Shown: one piece after another, positions 19,977 through 30,859 of the stretch
How the letters are laid out: every line of letters begins with the position of its first letter
Position numbering within the stretch: the stretch's first letter is position 1
Notes under the pieces: generated by a model
Told to the model about the DNA's origin: nothing
The model's input: only the letters and a program-made list of their open reading frames with translations
The model's database searches: none
Made by a program: the position numbers and the translations under genes
Assembly: GCA_963846725.1 (NCBI GenBank)
Contig: CAWJXP010000037.1
Span: forward strand, 1-64,000
Direction: 5' to 3'
DNA length: 64,000 nucleotides
From: an uncultured delta proteobacterium
GTDB taxonomy: Bacteria; Desulfobacterota; Desulfomonilia; Desulfomonilales; Desulfomonilaceae

Positions 19977-22900
19977 TGTGAGCAAATTAACAGAGACTAC
20001 CGGGGTTGAGCGACAGCGCCGGGCGTTGTGCGGTATCTGCCCGGCCGGATGCTGGGTCAAAGTGACCTATGATTCGGCAGGGAAAATGCTGTAAGGCAGA
20101 GCCCGACGAGGACTCGGAACTGGGTATGATCTGCGATCTGGGCCGGCAGTCGCCCCAGATAGTCTATTCGCCCGATCGGCTGCGTCATCCGTTGCTAAGG
20201 ACCGGTCCAAAGGGTGGTTATGAGTTTACACGCATTACGTGGGACGAGGCTTTTGACATCATCGTCTCCAGGCTCAACTCCATTAAGGAAACTTATGGGC
20301 CGGAAGCCGCCGCCATATACACGGGGAGAGGAAGTTTCGAGCAGTCTGAGTGCGATGTGTTCCAGCCTCAGGGAGTAGCGGTATCTTCGGCTTCGAGTGT
20401 CCTGTTCCCCTTTGGATCGCCCAATACCCTGGGCGTCGGCGCCCTTTGCTACGTATCTTTTGCGATGATCGCTCCGCACGTAACCGCGGGCGGAATGATG
20501 ATTAATATGTTCTCGGATCTGGAGAACGCCGATCTCATTGTGGTGTGGGGAGCTAATCCTGCTACCGACTGCCCACCTTTGGATTTTGCCCGCATCATGA
20601 AGGCCCGGCAGCGTGGCGCCGAGAGTTGTAGTTATCGATCCTCGTCGTACCGGAACGGCAATCGCGACCGACGCCGAGTGGATCCCAATTAGGCCGGGCA
20701 CAGACGGGGCCCTTGCGCTCGGCATGTGTCAGGTTCTCATCGAAGAGGAACTCTACGACGAGCGCTTTGTTAAGGACTGGACCCATGGTTTCGACGAATT
20801 CGCGAGGTACTGTCAGCACTTTCGCCCCGAGGTCGTGGAGACGATCACTAGCGTTCCTGCCGACACGATCCGGAGGTTAGCCAGGCGCATGGGCTCTGCA
20901 AGGGGAGCCTCTCCTGTCATGTACAGCGGGCTGGAATACAGTGACAGCGGAGTTCAGGCAATCAGGGCCGCAATGACGCTCTGGGCGCTGGCCGGTCAGA
21001 TTGACGTTCCGGGCGGTCGTTGTTTTACCATGCGGGAGAACCAATTCCCCATGAACAGGGAGGGGCATCTGCCCAACCCGGACGTGAGAAAGGCCCTCGG
21101 CCGAGATCGCTTTCCTGTATACAGCGCATACCGCGGGGAATCGCATGCCATTTGCCTTCCGGACGCGGTGTTGCACGGGAAACCTTATCCGATCAAATCA
21201 CTCATTATCGAAGGCGGTTCCATAATTACCGCCTGGCCCCAACCTCATATCTGGCGCGAGACACTGGCCGCGCTGGACTTTCTTGTATGCATAGATCGGT
21301 TTTTCACCGCCGATGCTGCGTATGCCGACCTCGTGCTTCCGGCGACGACATATTATGAAATTGAATCATACATGGTGTACGGCCCACTTTTCAGGATCAG
21401 GGAACGCGTCGTCGAGCCTGAGGGTGAAGCGCGCCACGGCTTCTTCATTCTTGCCGAATTGGCTAAGCGCCTGGGTTATGGGCATCTGTATCCTCAGACT
21501 GAGGAAGCGCTGCTGAGACATGCGCTGAAGCCCTCCGGGTTCACCCTGGAACAGGTAAGGGCAGCCGATGGCCTTGCGCGGGTTCCCACGGTGATGATGG
21601 AATACCGTAAGTGGGAAAAGGGCAGGCTGCGAGCCGATGGCCGACCCGGCTTCGAAACTCCTACAGGTAAGTTTGAGATTGCTTCGACAATCCTGGAGGA
21701 ACATGGCTACGACCCACTTCCGGTGTACACCGATCCTAAAGAGGGCCCCATGGCGCAACCAGCCCTTACGGAACAGTTTCCGCTGGTGTTTAGTTCCGGA
21801 TCCAGGGTCACCACTGATTTTCGTTCCCAATTCCACAATGTTCCCAATCTGGTGAAGGCACGACCGGAACCGACGGTCACCATGAATTCCCGGGATGCTC
21901 TGGACCGTAACATTGCCACCGGCGACCTCGTCGAGGTGGTCAGTCCACGGGGCAGCGTCAGGTTCAGGGCATACGTTACCGACAACATTATGCGGGGTGT
22001 CGTTGACGCGAGCATGGGTGGAGGCGGGCCTGTAGGACCGCAAGCCTGGCAAGACTGTAATGTCAACGATCTGACCGATTTAAAGCGATATGATCCTATC
22101 TCCGGGTTTCCAGTATACAAGGCTCTGCTGTGTGAAGCGCTCAAGATTGACGAAACTCGGCCGATAGCGGTCGGCGGTGGTTCCGAAGAACATCAGTCGT
22201 GGGCGGCGATGAAAAGTAGATCGCGAAGGGCTGCACGAAGCGAACGCATCTATCTGGACCATAACGCGACAACCCCTCTGGACCCGGAAGTCGCTAAAAC
22301 GGTCGCCGAATGCGCTGATCTATGTTTCGGTAACCCTTCCAGCATTCATGGATTCGGCGGCGAAGCCAGATTCATCGTTGAATCCGCGCGGCGGCAGGTA
22401 GCTCAATTGCTCAACTGCACAGCGAGAAGAATAGTTTTCACGGGTGGAGGTTCCGAATCCGACAACCTGGCGATCAAAGGAGTCGCCTTTGCTCGCCGCG
22501 GGATAGGTAACCACATTATTACAACCGCTATAGAGCATCCTGCTGTCCTGGAAGCATGCAAGTGGCTGGAAGGGCAGGGTTTTAGGGTAACGAGGCTTCC
22601 GGTGAGCATGGGAAGGATTAATCGATCCAGGTGATTTGGAAGCAGCGTTGACTGAGGACACTACATTGGTAAGCGTTATGACCGCAAACAATGAGACCGG
22701 AGCTGTTCAACCCATAGCCGAACTTACGCGGCTTGCCCGAAGACGTGGCGCCCTTTTCCACACAGACGCAGTGCAGGCGGTCGGTAAGATTCCCATCGAT
22801 GTTCAGGCATCTGGATGTAGACCTCCTTACGCTGTCGGGTCATAAAATCCACGGGCCCAAAGGCGTCGGCGCCCTGTATGTTCGTAATGGGGTCACGCTT

Positions 22901-23402
22901 GATCCACTGGTTCATGGTGGCAAACAAGAGCACGGACTACGAGCGGGAACGGAAAACACGCCAGGTATCGCAGGGCTGGGCAAGGCTGCTGAGCTTGCGA
23001 TTCAAAGATTCCCTGAAATGGATAGAATACGGAGCTCTAAGGGACCGGCTAGAGGAGGGGATCAGGGGAATAGTTCCGGGCGCCATACGTAACGGGCCAC
23101 TGGAGCAGCGGCTTCCTAATACGGTTAATCTCACATTACCCGGAATGCGCGGCGAGTCGGTTGTTCTGGCCCTGGATCATCTAGGCGTGGCTCTTTCTTC
23201 GGGGTCCGCCTGTAGGGCGGGCGCTCCGGAACCATCACACGCCCTGCTTGCCATGGGACTTTCTCCAGAGGAAGCCCATTGCGCTCTCAGATTTTCGCTG
23301 GGCCGGAACAACGCTAAAGATGAGATCGACCATACGATCAGCCTCATGGGAGAGATTGTTAGGGATACTGCCACTGGCGTTCGCTTCGTTCCTTGTCGCT
23401 AG
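19977..23402 (+). CDS. metallopterin (Mo/W bis-PGD)-dependent ergothioneine synthase-like fusion: N-terminal acetylene-hydratase-like molybdopterin oxidoreductase module fused in frame to a C-terminal NifS/IscS-type cysteine desulfurase. Disrupted by about 5 frame changes in this sequence.
   Basis: GTG start at 19977 gives [25 protein letters not shown] (Cx2Cx3C cluster, no Tat signal). MopB core pieces lie at 20069-20692 and 20613-22200 (VVIDPRRTG..., alignable with acetylene hydratase). The same frame reads without a stop into [16 protein letters not shown]...[11 protein letters not shown]...[17 protein letters not shown]...SSGSAC, a class-V aminotransferase cysteine desulfurase, spread over ORFs 22636, 22733 and 22878. 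Confidence 0.7.
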
Positions 23403-23461
23403 TCAATTCAGATAGTAATGAAGCGTTGAAAGACCAGGCACAGACTTCGTGATAGTGACTG

Positions 23462-24479
23462 TTGAAAAGGAGTGTATCCGTTATGCGCGCATCTTCTGCT
23501 TTAATGGGACTCACTGCCCCGAACCGGTTCGAGGAAGACGCAACCAACACAATGGCTGACGAAGTTCTGGCGGGTCTGAAAGCCCAACAGAAACGCATAC
23601 CTAGTAAGTATTTCTACGATGCCCGTGGATCGAAGCTCTTTGAACTTATATGCAATCTTCCTGAATATTATCCGACAAGAATTGAACTGACGGTTGCTCT
23701 GCGATCACGCAAAGGAAATCGTACGAGGGATAGGGCACGGCGATCTCGTAGAATTGGGATCCGGAGCAAACTGGAAAATCCGGACATTGCTCGATGCCCT
23801 GGGTCGCCAGCGCAGAACCAATGTCCGATATATGCCGGTGGATATGTGCGCTTCAGCTTTGACGAAAGCCACTGCCGAGCTGATAACCGTTTATCCTGAA
23901 CTAAATGTCAATGGAATCGTGGCGGATTTCACTTGCGACCTGCATTGCGTTCAATCCGACCGCCCCAAGCTTGTTCTGTTCTTCGGTAGCACCATCGGCA
24001 ACCTGAACAAACGGGAAGCGTCGTCTTTTCTGAAAAGTGTGGCAGCGACTCTCAATCCTGGCGATCGTTTTTTACTTGGGCTGGACATGGTTAAACCTAT
24101 CGACATCATTGAGGCTGCTTACAACGATTCGCAAAGCCTCACAGCCGAATTCAACAAGAATATATTGCTCGTCATCAATCGTGAGTTGCGGGCCAATTTT
24201 AACCCGGATTCCTTTGACCATGTCGCATTCTTTAATAGTGAAGAGGAACGCGTGGAAATGCATCTTCGAGCCAACAGGGACATTTGGGTCGAAGTCAAAG
24301 CAATTGCCGCGTCCTTCGTCCTGGAAAAAGGGGAAACTATTCGGACGGAGATTTGCTGCAAATTCACCCGGGATGGCGCAGAAAAGATGATTCGGGAGGC
24401 GGGGATGAAAGTGAGTCGTTGGTACTCTGATTCCAGTGGTTGGTTTTCACTGCTCGAAGCTGTCCCCAACCGGCCATGA
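23462..24479 (+). CDS. egtD: EgtD/EanA-type L-histidine N-alpha-methyltransferase (hercynine synthase). Frameshifted near 23694-23720.
   Basis: Near end-to-end similarity to EgtD: KYFYDARGSKLFELICNLPEYYPTR, VELGSGANWKIRTLLDAL, LFFGSTIGNL, LLGLDMVK, CCKFTRDG. The likely true start is the Met of MADEVLAGL, around 23552. Confidence 0.85.
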
Positions 24480-24768
24480 CTTCGCCGATTGGACAGTGTC
24501 TAATTAGGTCTGAGAGGATTAACCCCAGCCGTCATTAGCGCTGCAAACCAAAGTTATCCCGTCCAGGGAATAGCGGAAATAGACACATGCCCAAAAGGCT
24601 AAAAACGATATTATCTCAAATGTTTGCTATGTAATATTAGTTTGACTAGCCTATTTGTATATACCATTCAGTTAAATTAACTGGAGTATATTGTTTAAAA
24701 AAGCTTGACAACATCTCAATGGCATGTTTGTTTATGCGCCGAGATAATAACCCCTAATCCTTACTTTA

Positions 24769-24795
24769 GCCCGTTACGCAACGGGCATTTTTTTT
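24769..24795 (+). terminator. rho-independent terminator (GCCCGTT-acgc-AACGGGC followed by T8)
   Basis: A perfect 7-bp GC-rich stem with a 4-nt loop, followed by ATTTTTTTT, seen directly in the sequence. Confidence 0.6.
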
Positions 24796-24849
24796 GCGAT
24801 GAGATTCTCCATTACCGATTTGAAGAGACCAAAGCCTCAAAACTAACTC

Positions 24850-25245
24850 TTAATTATTTGGGTAGAAAAAAGATAATGAAACAAGAGTAGCCTCTTCATC
24901 ATTTTCTCGATACAGCCACATTCCATTATCACACCAATCATCGGCGGCCGATTTATAAACATTTTGTCTGTGAAAGTGGCATTCATTTCTTGACGGGTGA
25001 TAGTAAATACAATTTTTACATTCCAGGTCGTCGACATCATTTACAAAACCAACAGGCGCCAATTCCAAACAGATTTGACGGAAATTAATGACGTCTCCCT
25101 TAAACAACCAGTCTCCTTCACTACATTTATTATCTTTTCCAACCGGAATATCCGGCAATTCCTTGCGACACAGCCCTTCATTGAAAGAAACACAATTTTC
25201 ACAGATGACATCAGAGAAAATTTCTACGGATTTTAATGTTTTCAA
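24850..25245 (-). CDS. hypothetical small Cys-rich protein (9 Cys, paired CxxC-like motifs). An ORFan in an AT-rich island.
   Basis: 131-aa ORF with CENC...C and CKNC.....C.H motifs. Flanked by low-GC intergenic DNA. No family recognised. Confidence 0.4.
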   Translation of the reverse strand: MKTLKSVEIFSDVICENCVSFNEGLCRKELPDIPVGKDNKCSEGDWLFKGDVINFRQICLELAPVGFVNDVDDLECKNCIYYHPSRNECHFHRQNVYKSAADDWCDNGMWLYRENDEEATLVSLSFFYPNN

Positions 25246-25349
25246 AATGTTGCGACTCCATTTATAAGGTAACTGGTCTTAAAAAATAGGACAATGACGC
25301 CGGGGAGCATGCTGATCAAAACTGCATGAGATCAAGGGGCGCCTCAATT

Positions 25350-27195
25350 TTAAGGCTTTGGCGCCGACGGCCTGGTTGAATCAGTCTCTTCAAAATATTC
25401 CCTGATCCGTTGGACGTCCCTCGAAGTAATACTTGGCAGGCCTAGAAGTTGGTCATCCGTCGCCTCTAACACTCCCTTAAGGCTTCCAAATGTTTTCAGC
25501 AAAATAATTCGTTTTTTTTCTCCAATTCCCGCAACGCTATCAAGACCTGAACGAAGGACTGTTTTATCCCTTCTTTTTGTGTGAAAAGAATGGGCGTATC
25601 GATGCGCTTCATCACGGATTTTCATTATCATCAAGAGACAGGAATCCCCTCTGGGGAATGTTAGAGGATTTTTTCTATTAGGCGCGAATATTTTATCTAT
25701 GTCCTCGGCTTCTCTAGCCTTGGCGATCGATATCAGCGCCGGTCGGCTTTCCTGGGGCAGAATTTGCAAGCCGGCCACCGCTGCGTTAAGTTGCGATTTT
25801 CCTCCATCGATGACCAGTAAATCTCCCAAGGGATCATCATCCTTGTGGCTTACTCGTCTTGAGATGACTTGATTGATCATGCCCGGATCATCCTGATTTT
25901 CAAAATTACGTATCTTGAACTTCCTATACGCCGATTTTAGAGGCTTGCCATCCAGAAAAGCGACCTTAACGCCTACAGGCTCAGATCCACTAATATTTGA
26001 AATATCATAGCATTCGATCAACCTGAGAGGCTCCGATATCTTTAGCTTGACAGCTAATCGATCCATGGCGTTTTCGGCTGATTTCTTTTGCTTGTCTCTT
26101 TCCAGGGCCATCCTCGCGTTTTTCAGGGCCAGTTCCACGAGCCGGGCCGCAGCTCCCCGTTGTCCCACCCTGATCTTCACTTTTGAGCCCCTTAAATCCG
26201 TTAGCCAGGACTCTATTATCTCCTGGCGCTCCAGCCTGGTTGGAACAATTATTTCTCCGGGTATCGCCGCTGAGTCGTGGTAAAACTGTTTAATTGAAGA
26301 GGTCAAGACTTCATGTTGTTCCAGAGTCGAACTTCTCACTATGTAAGATTCTTCCGAAATGAGATTCCCTTTTCTGAATGACAGAATCTCAACCACAAAG
26401 GTATTGGGCGGTTCTTCCAAAACAACCGCAACGTCTTCGTCCTTAAAATGGAAAAAAGAGACATTCTGTCTTTGTAGGGTTCGATCTACAGCGTATAAAC
26501 GGTCCCTGATTCTTGCCGCCTCTTCGAATTTCAAATTTTCAGAGGCCTCTTCCATTTCTCTTCTGAGCGCCTTTATCACTTCCTCATTTTTGCCTTCCAG
26601 CAGCAGGGTAATGTTTTCTACCATTCTCCGATATTCTTCAGGATCAACTTTTCCCATGCAGGGGCACAGGCATCTATTCATCTGACAATTTAGACATGGT
26701 CTCTTGGCTGTCGCGATCTGACGATCAGAACACTGCCTCAAGGGAAAAATCTTACGGATGAGGTGAAGGGTGATACGGGCGTCTCTGGCTGACGAAGTAC
26801 GGGCCAAAATATTTTTCGCCATCGGCTTTGATTTTCTGTGTTCTGATCAAGGTAAGCCTTGGATATTTGTGAGAAATATTTAGCCGCAATGAAAAAAAAG
26901 ACTTGTCATCCCTGAGATTAACATTGTATTTTGGTCGGTGTTCCTTGATAAGGTTGTTTTCGAGTAAAAGGGCTTCCTTTTCTGTATTAGTAAGAATAGT
27001 TCTTATATTAGTAATATGTTGAACCAGGAACCTTACCTTGGGTCTTTCGTCCCCACTCTTTGAGAAATAGTTGCGAACCCTGTTTCGAAGATTTGCGGCT
27101 TTACCCACATAAATAACCTTGCCGTTTCGGTCCTCCATCAGGTATACGCCCGGACTGGTGGGAAGATTCTTCAAAAAAGACTCGTCTATAGTCAT
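25350..27195 (-). CDS. uvrC: excinuclease ABC subunit C, split by a frame change near 26752-26822
   Basis: The N-terminal GIY-YIG domain ([25 protein letters not shown]) is in ORF 26752-27195. The Cys-rich linker, UvrBC-interaction region, RNaseH-like endonuclease domain and C-terminal HhH2 are in ORF 25350-26822. Confidence 0.85.
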
Positions 27196-27327
27196 GAAAG
27201 GCCTTTTATTTTATTAAGGTGGACCCAGGAAATCTGAATTATTAAATTGATCATGTGACGTATTTTTTGATAATAATTAAAATTTGGCAAACCTAATGAC
27301 GGTTAAGCAAAGGCCACTGAGACCCAT

Positions 27328-27732
27328 ATGAAAAAGAATCAGGATCGAAAAAACGCCGAAAGAAATTTTCTCAAGGACCGGGGAAGAATTACAAACAAAG
27401 AAATGGCAAAGAAAATGGGGGTGCATCCGGCGACTATCGCCAGATGGAAAAAAGCCGACGAATGGGATCTCAAATTGATCCAGACAATATCTGATGAAAA
27501 CGTTGTGGAAGCGGGTGAGGAAGATTTTTTCAAAGTTGATTTGAGACATTTGAATCTCTTGAATGAGCGAATAGAAGTTCATCTTCAGAAAAAGGATCTG
27601 TTGAGTTCTGAAATACTCGACCTCTCACAGGCGAAACTTAATATAATAAGTTGTGTTGAAATCCTCAATGAACAGATAAAATCTTTTAATTTCAGAGAAG
27701 CGAGACTTAGAGATGACCCGGACTTTGACTAA
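27328..27732 (+). CDS. putative HTH DNA-binding protein (gpP/terminase-small-subunit-like or DUF1323-type helix-turn-helix), a possible regulator upstream of por
   Basis: RGRITNKEMAKKMGVHPATIARWKKADEWD matches the HTH signature of the Terminase_5/YfeC-like family. 134 aa, ending 13 nt before porG. Confidence 0.4.
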   Translation: MKKNQDRKNAERNFLKDRGRITNKEMAKKMGVHPATIARWKKADEWDLKLIQTISDENVVEAGEEDFFKVDLRHLNLLNERIEVHLQKKDLLSSEILDLSQAKLNIISCVEILNEQIKSFNFREARLRDDPDFD

Positions 27733-27744
27733 GAAGGAGACAAT

Positions 27745-28296
27745 ATGATTGAGATGAGATTCCATGGCAGAGGGGGGCAGGGCGCTGTGACGTCCGCCGA
27801 ATTGGTTGCCCAGGCTGCTATTAACACAGGAAAATTCGCTACGGCTTTCCCGAGTTTCGGTCCTGAGCGGCGAGGAGCGCCCGTGGTGGCGTTCGCTCGA
27901 GTTGATGACAAGCCGGTCAGATTAAGGTCCAAGGTTTATAATCCTGACGTAGTAATTGTTCTCGACCCATCCTTGTTAGAAATTGCCAATCCGACGGAAG
28001 GTCTCAGTAAAGAAGGGATTCTGATAATCAATTCTTCGGAGAGTCCTGAGAACATTCGGAAACAGATTTCTTTTAAAGGAAGGCTGGCTGTAACGGATGC
28101 TACCAAAATAGCAAAAGAGGTAATCGGGCTGCCAATAACCAATACTACGATGGTCGGGGCTCTGGTCAAAGCGGCGAAGGTCCTGAGTGTAGATTCATTA
28201 ATCGAACCCTTTAACAAACGATTCGGTAAAATCGCGGCCAGAAATATTCAGGCCATGAAAAGGGCTTTCGAAGAGACGGAAATTTACGAAAAATAA
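27745..28296 (+). CDS. porG: pyruvate:ferredoxin oxidoreductase gamma subunit
   Basis: MRFHGRGGQGAVTSAELLA...FPSFGPERRGAP is typical of PorG/2-oxoacid:ferredoxin oxidoreductase gamma. Confidence 0.85.
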   Translation: MIEMRFHGRGGQGAVTSAELVAQAAINTGKFATAFPSFGPERRGAPVVAFARVDDKPVRLRSKVYNPDVVIVLDPSLLEIANPTEGLSKEGILIINSSESPENIRKQISFKGRLAVTDATKIAKEVIGLPITNTTMVGALVKAAKVLSVDSLIEPFNKRFGKIAARNIQAMKRAFEETEIYEK

Positions 28297-28335
28297 TGGA
28301 CGCCGGACTGAACCAATTGAAAATGAATCGCATAA

Positions 28336-28650
28336 ATGCGTCTGTTAATGGAGGCGACTGTGACTAAACCAATGGAACAAATGAGCTGGCTTGATATAGA
28401 AGCCGGTGGTGTCATAACTGAACCTGGAAACGCGTCCTGCTACCATACGGGAACATGGCGTTCACAAAAACCTAATTACGACGAGAACATATGTATTCGA
28501 TGCTGGAGATGTTTTGTTATGTGCCCGGACGCTGCAATCTCCCCCGATTTTGATAAGAACGTATTTGTCTGGAATTATGATTACTGCAAGGGATGTGGGA
28601 TTTGCGCCAACGAATGTCCGGTAAACGCCATAACGATGGAGGAGGATTAG
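28336..28650 (+). CDS. porD: pyruvate:ferredoxin oxidoreductase delta subunit (2x[4Fe-4S] ferredoxin)
   Basis: CIRCWRCFVMCP and CKGCGICANECP motifs in a protein of about 104 aa. Confidence 0.85.
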   Translation: MRLLMEATVTKPMEQMSWLDIEAGGVITEPGNASCYHTGTWRSQKPNYDENICIRCWRCFVMCPDAAISPDFDKNVFVWNYDYCKGCGICANECPVNAITMEED

Positions 28651-28652
28651 AG

Positions 28653-29816
28653 ATGGGCCGTAAAGTAGGTGTCGAAGTTTCAATCGCTGCTGCGGACGCC
28701 GTTGGCCTTTGTGATGTCGACGTTGTGGCGGCTTATCCTATAACCCCGCAAACCCACGTGGTGGAACATTTGTCTGAGTTATGCGCTTCCGGAGAGCTTG
28801 ACGCGGAATTCGTTCCTGTGGAGTCTGAACACTCGGCAATGAGCGTCTGTTGTGGATCATCAGCCGCGGGCGCAAGAACCTTCACATCGACGTCGGCGCA
28901 AGGATTGGCGCTAATGTCGGAAATAGTGTTCATAGCGTCCTCTATGAGGTTTCCTATAGTGATGCTCCTTGCAAATCGCGCATTGAGCGCCCCTTTGTCG
29001 ATTTGGAATGATCATTCCGACACGATGATGGTTCGTGACTCGGGCTGGATTCAGATTTTCTGCGAAAACGGACAAGAGGTTTATGACGCCATTTTTCATT
29101 CGTTTAGAGTGGCGGAAGATCCACGGGTCTCTTTGCCGATAATGATTAACGTAGATGGCTTTAACCTTACCCACGTTATAGAGCCGATCGAATTCTGGAG
29201 TAAGGAAATGGTCGGGAAATACCTTCCCCCATTCAAGCCGTTGAACACTCTTCATCCCAGTAAAGTCGTGTCCATGGGCGCATTTGGGATGCCGGAGATA
29301 TACACTGAGGCAAGAAAGGCGCAGGACGAGGCTTTATGGAATTCATACCCGGTGATCAAACAAGGCTGGGATGAATTGGCGGAATTGACCGGGAGAAAAT
29401 ATTCCCCGGTTGAATGTTACAAAACAGAAGGCGCTGATACCATCATTTTGGCAATGGGGTCTATCTGCGAGACAGCTTCTCTTGCAGTTGATAAAATGAG
29501 AGAAGAAGGCAAGAAAGTAGGGCTTGTGAAGTTGAGATTGTGGCGCCCCTTACCTGTCGATGATATTAAAAAAGCCCTAAAAGGGGCCAAGGATGTGCTT
29601 GTGCTGGATCGGGCAGTGTCATTTGGAGCCGCAAACGCTCCGGTGACCTCTGAAATCAGATCCATCATGTATCACGAACCTGATCGACCCAATGTTCACA
29701 ACATAATAGCAGGGTTAGGCGGGAGAGACGTCACGCCAGACCACGTAATCAAAATGGTCGAGTCGGCTCTGGTAGACACAAACTACGGATACAACATTTT
29801 CGGTGTGCGAAGTTAG
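28653..29816 (+). CDS. porA: pyruvate:ferredoxin oxidoreductase alpha subunit
   Basis: MGRKVGVEVSIAAADAVGLCDVDVVAAYPITPQT... A GGAGGA RBS precedes the ATG at 28653. The longer tracked ORF from 28593 overlaps porD and is unlikely to be the real start. Confidence 0.85.
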   Translation: MGRKVGVEVSIAAADAVGLCDVDVVAAYPITPQTHVVEHLSELCASGELDAEFVPVESEHSAMSVCCGSSAAGARTFTSTSAQGLALMSEIVFIASSMRFPIVMLLANRALSAPLSIWNDHSDTMMVRDSGWIQIFCENGQEVYDAIFHSFRVAEDPRVSLPIMINVDGFNLTHVIEPIEFWSKEMVGKYLPPFKPLNTLHPSKVVSMGAFGMPEIYTEARKAQDEALWNSYPVIKQGWDELAELTGRKYSPVECYKTEGADTIILAMGSICETASLAVDKMREEGKKVGLVKLRLWRPLPVDDIKKALKGAKDVLVLDRAVSFGAANAPVTSEIRSIMYHEPDRPNVHNIIAGLGGRDVTPDHVIKMVESALVDTNYGYNIFGVRS

Positions 29817-29838
29817 CGCCGCCTGATGGGAGAGCAAT

Positions 29839-30790
29839 ATGGCTGAGACTGAAAAAAAGAAGGTCATTAAACCAATTAAAAATTTCTCTTTAGAAGAATA
29901 TATTAGCTCCGGTCATCGCGCTTGCCAGGGTTGCGCGGAAGTTCTCGCCGTGAGGCATGTGTTGAAGGCGATAGGGCCGGACATGATACTGGCCATGGCA
30001 ACCGGATGCATGGAGATAATCTCTTCTCCCTACCCTCTGACTTCCTGGAATGTGCCATGGATTCACGTCGCGTTTGAAAACGCGGCTGCAGTCGCTTCCG
30101 GTGTTGAGTCAGGACTAAAAGCGCTCCGACGCAAAGGGACGGGTTCCCGACAAAGACATAACAATTGTGGCCATGGCAGGCGACGGCGGTACCACCGACA
30201 TAGGTTTCCAAGCGTTGTCAGGAATGATGGAGCGTGGTCATAAGGTCATATATGTTTGTGTGGATAATGAAGCCTATATGAACACCGGTATTCAGAGGTC
30301 ATCGTCGACTCCGTTCGGGGCAACCACCACAACATCGCCAGCAGGGAAAAACGCCCCCGCCGGCCAAATGACGTGGAAAAAAGACATGGTAGCCATAGCG
30401 GCGGCTCATGGAATCCCTTACACGGCAACAGCGTGCCCTTCCTTTTTCACTGATCTTCAAAAAAAGATTCAAAAGGCCAAGGAAACCCAAGGTCCTTCTT
30501 ATATCCACATTTTGTCTGTTTGCCCGACCGGATGGCGAATTCAGCCTAACAAGGCTATTGAATACGGGCAACTGGCTGTAGATTCAGGCGTTTTTCCACT
30601 TTACGAAGTTGAACAAGGAGTGTGGAAACTGAACCGCAAACCCAAAGAACTCAAACCAGTGTCTGAATACTTCAAGGGACAGGGACGGTATCGTCACCTG
30701 GATGAAAGCCTGACCATGGAGATTCAGGAGAAGATTAATAGTAGATGGACCAAGCTTCTTGATCAGTGCGGCGAGAAGACAGAGAAATAA
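29839..30790 (+). CDS. porB: pyruvate:ferredoxin oxidoreductase beta subunit (TPP-binding), frameshifted near 30130-30170
   Basis: ORF 29839-30243 carries HRACQGCAEVLAVRHVL...ATGCMEI. ORF 30167-30790 carries GDGGTTDIGFQALSGMMERGHKVIYVCVDNEAYMNTG (the TPP-binding fold). Confidence 0.85.
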
Positions 30791-30806
30791 TTTTTAAGGT
30801 CCGGAA

Positions 30807-30845
30807 ACAAAAAAAGGTCGGCTCATTTTGAACCGACCTTTTTCA
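30807..30845. terminator. bidirectional rho-independent terminator between convergent porB and the hdrD-like gene
   Basis: A7 run, then GGTCGGCTC-atttt-GAACCGACC hairpin, then T5 run. Confidence 0.6.
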
Positions 30846-30859
30846 ATTTCTAACGAGGC

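Noticed and set aside
15264-19977. Moco/Wco riboswitch upstream of AOR or of the MES gene.
   Set aside because: I could not find the conserved Moco RNA elements by eye in either leader. A covariance-model search would be needed for a real test.
22150-22260. A stop codon lost between a formate-dehydrogenase-like gene and an iscS gene, so that two genes are accidentally joined.
   Set aside because: The in-frame junction lacks any RBS or start context and reproduces the known MES (MopB + cysteine desulfurase) domain fusion, with egtD immediately downstream. A designed fusion is more parsimonious. The separate frame changes elsewhere in the gene remain unexplained.
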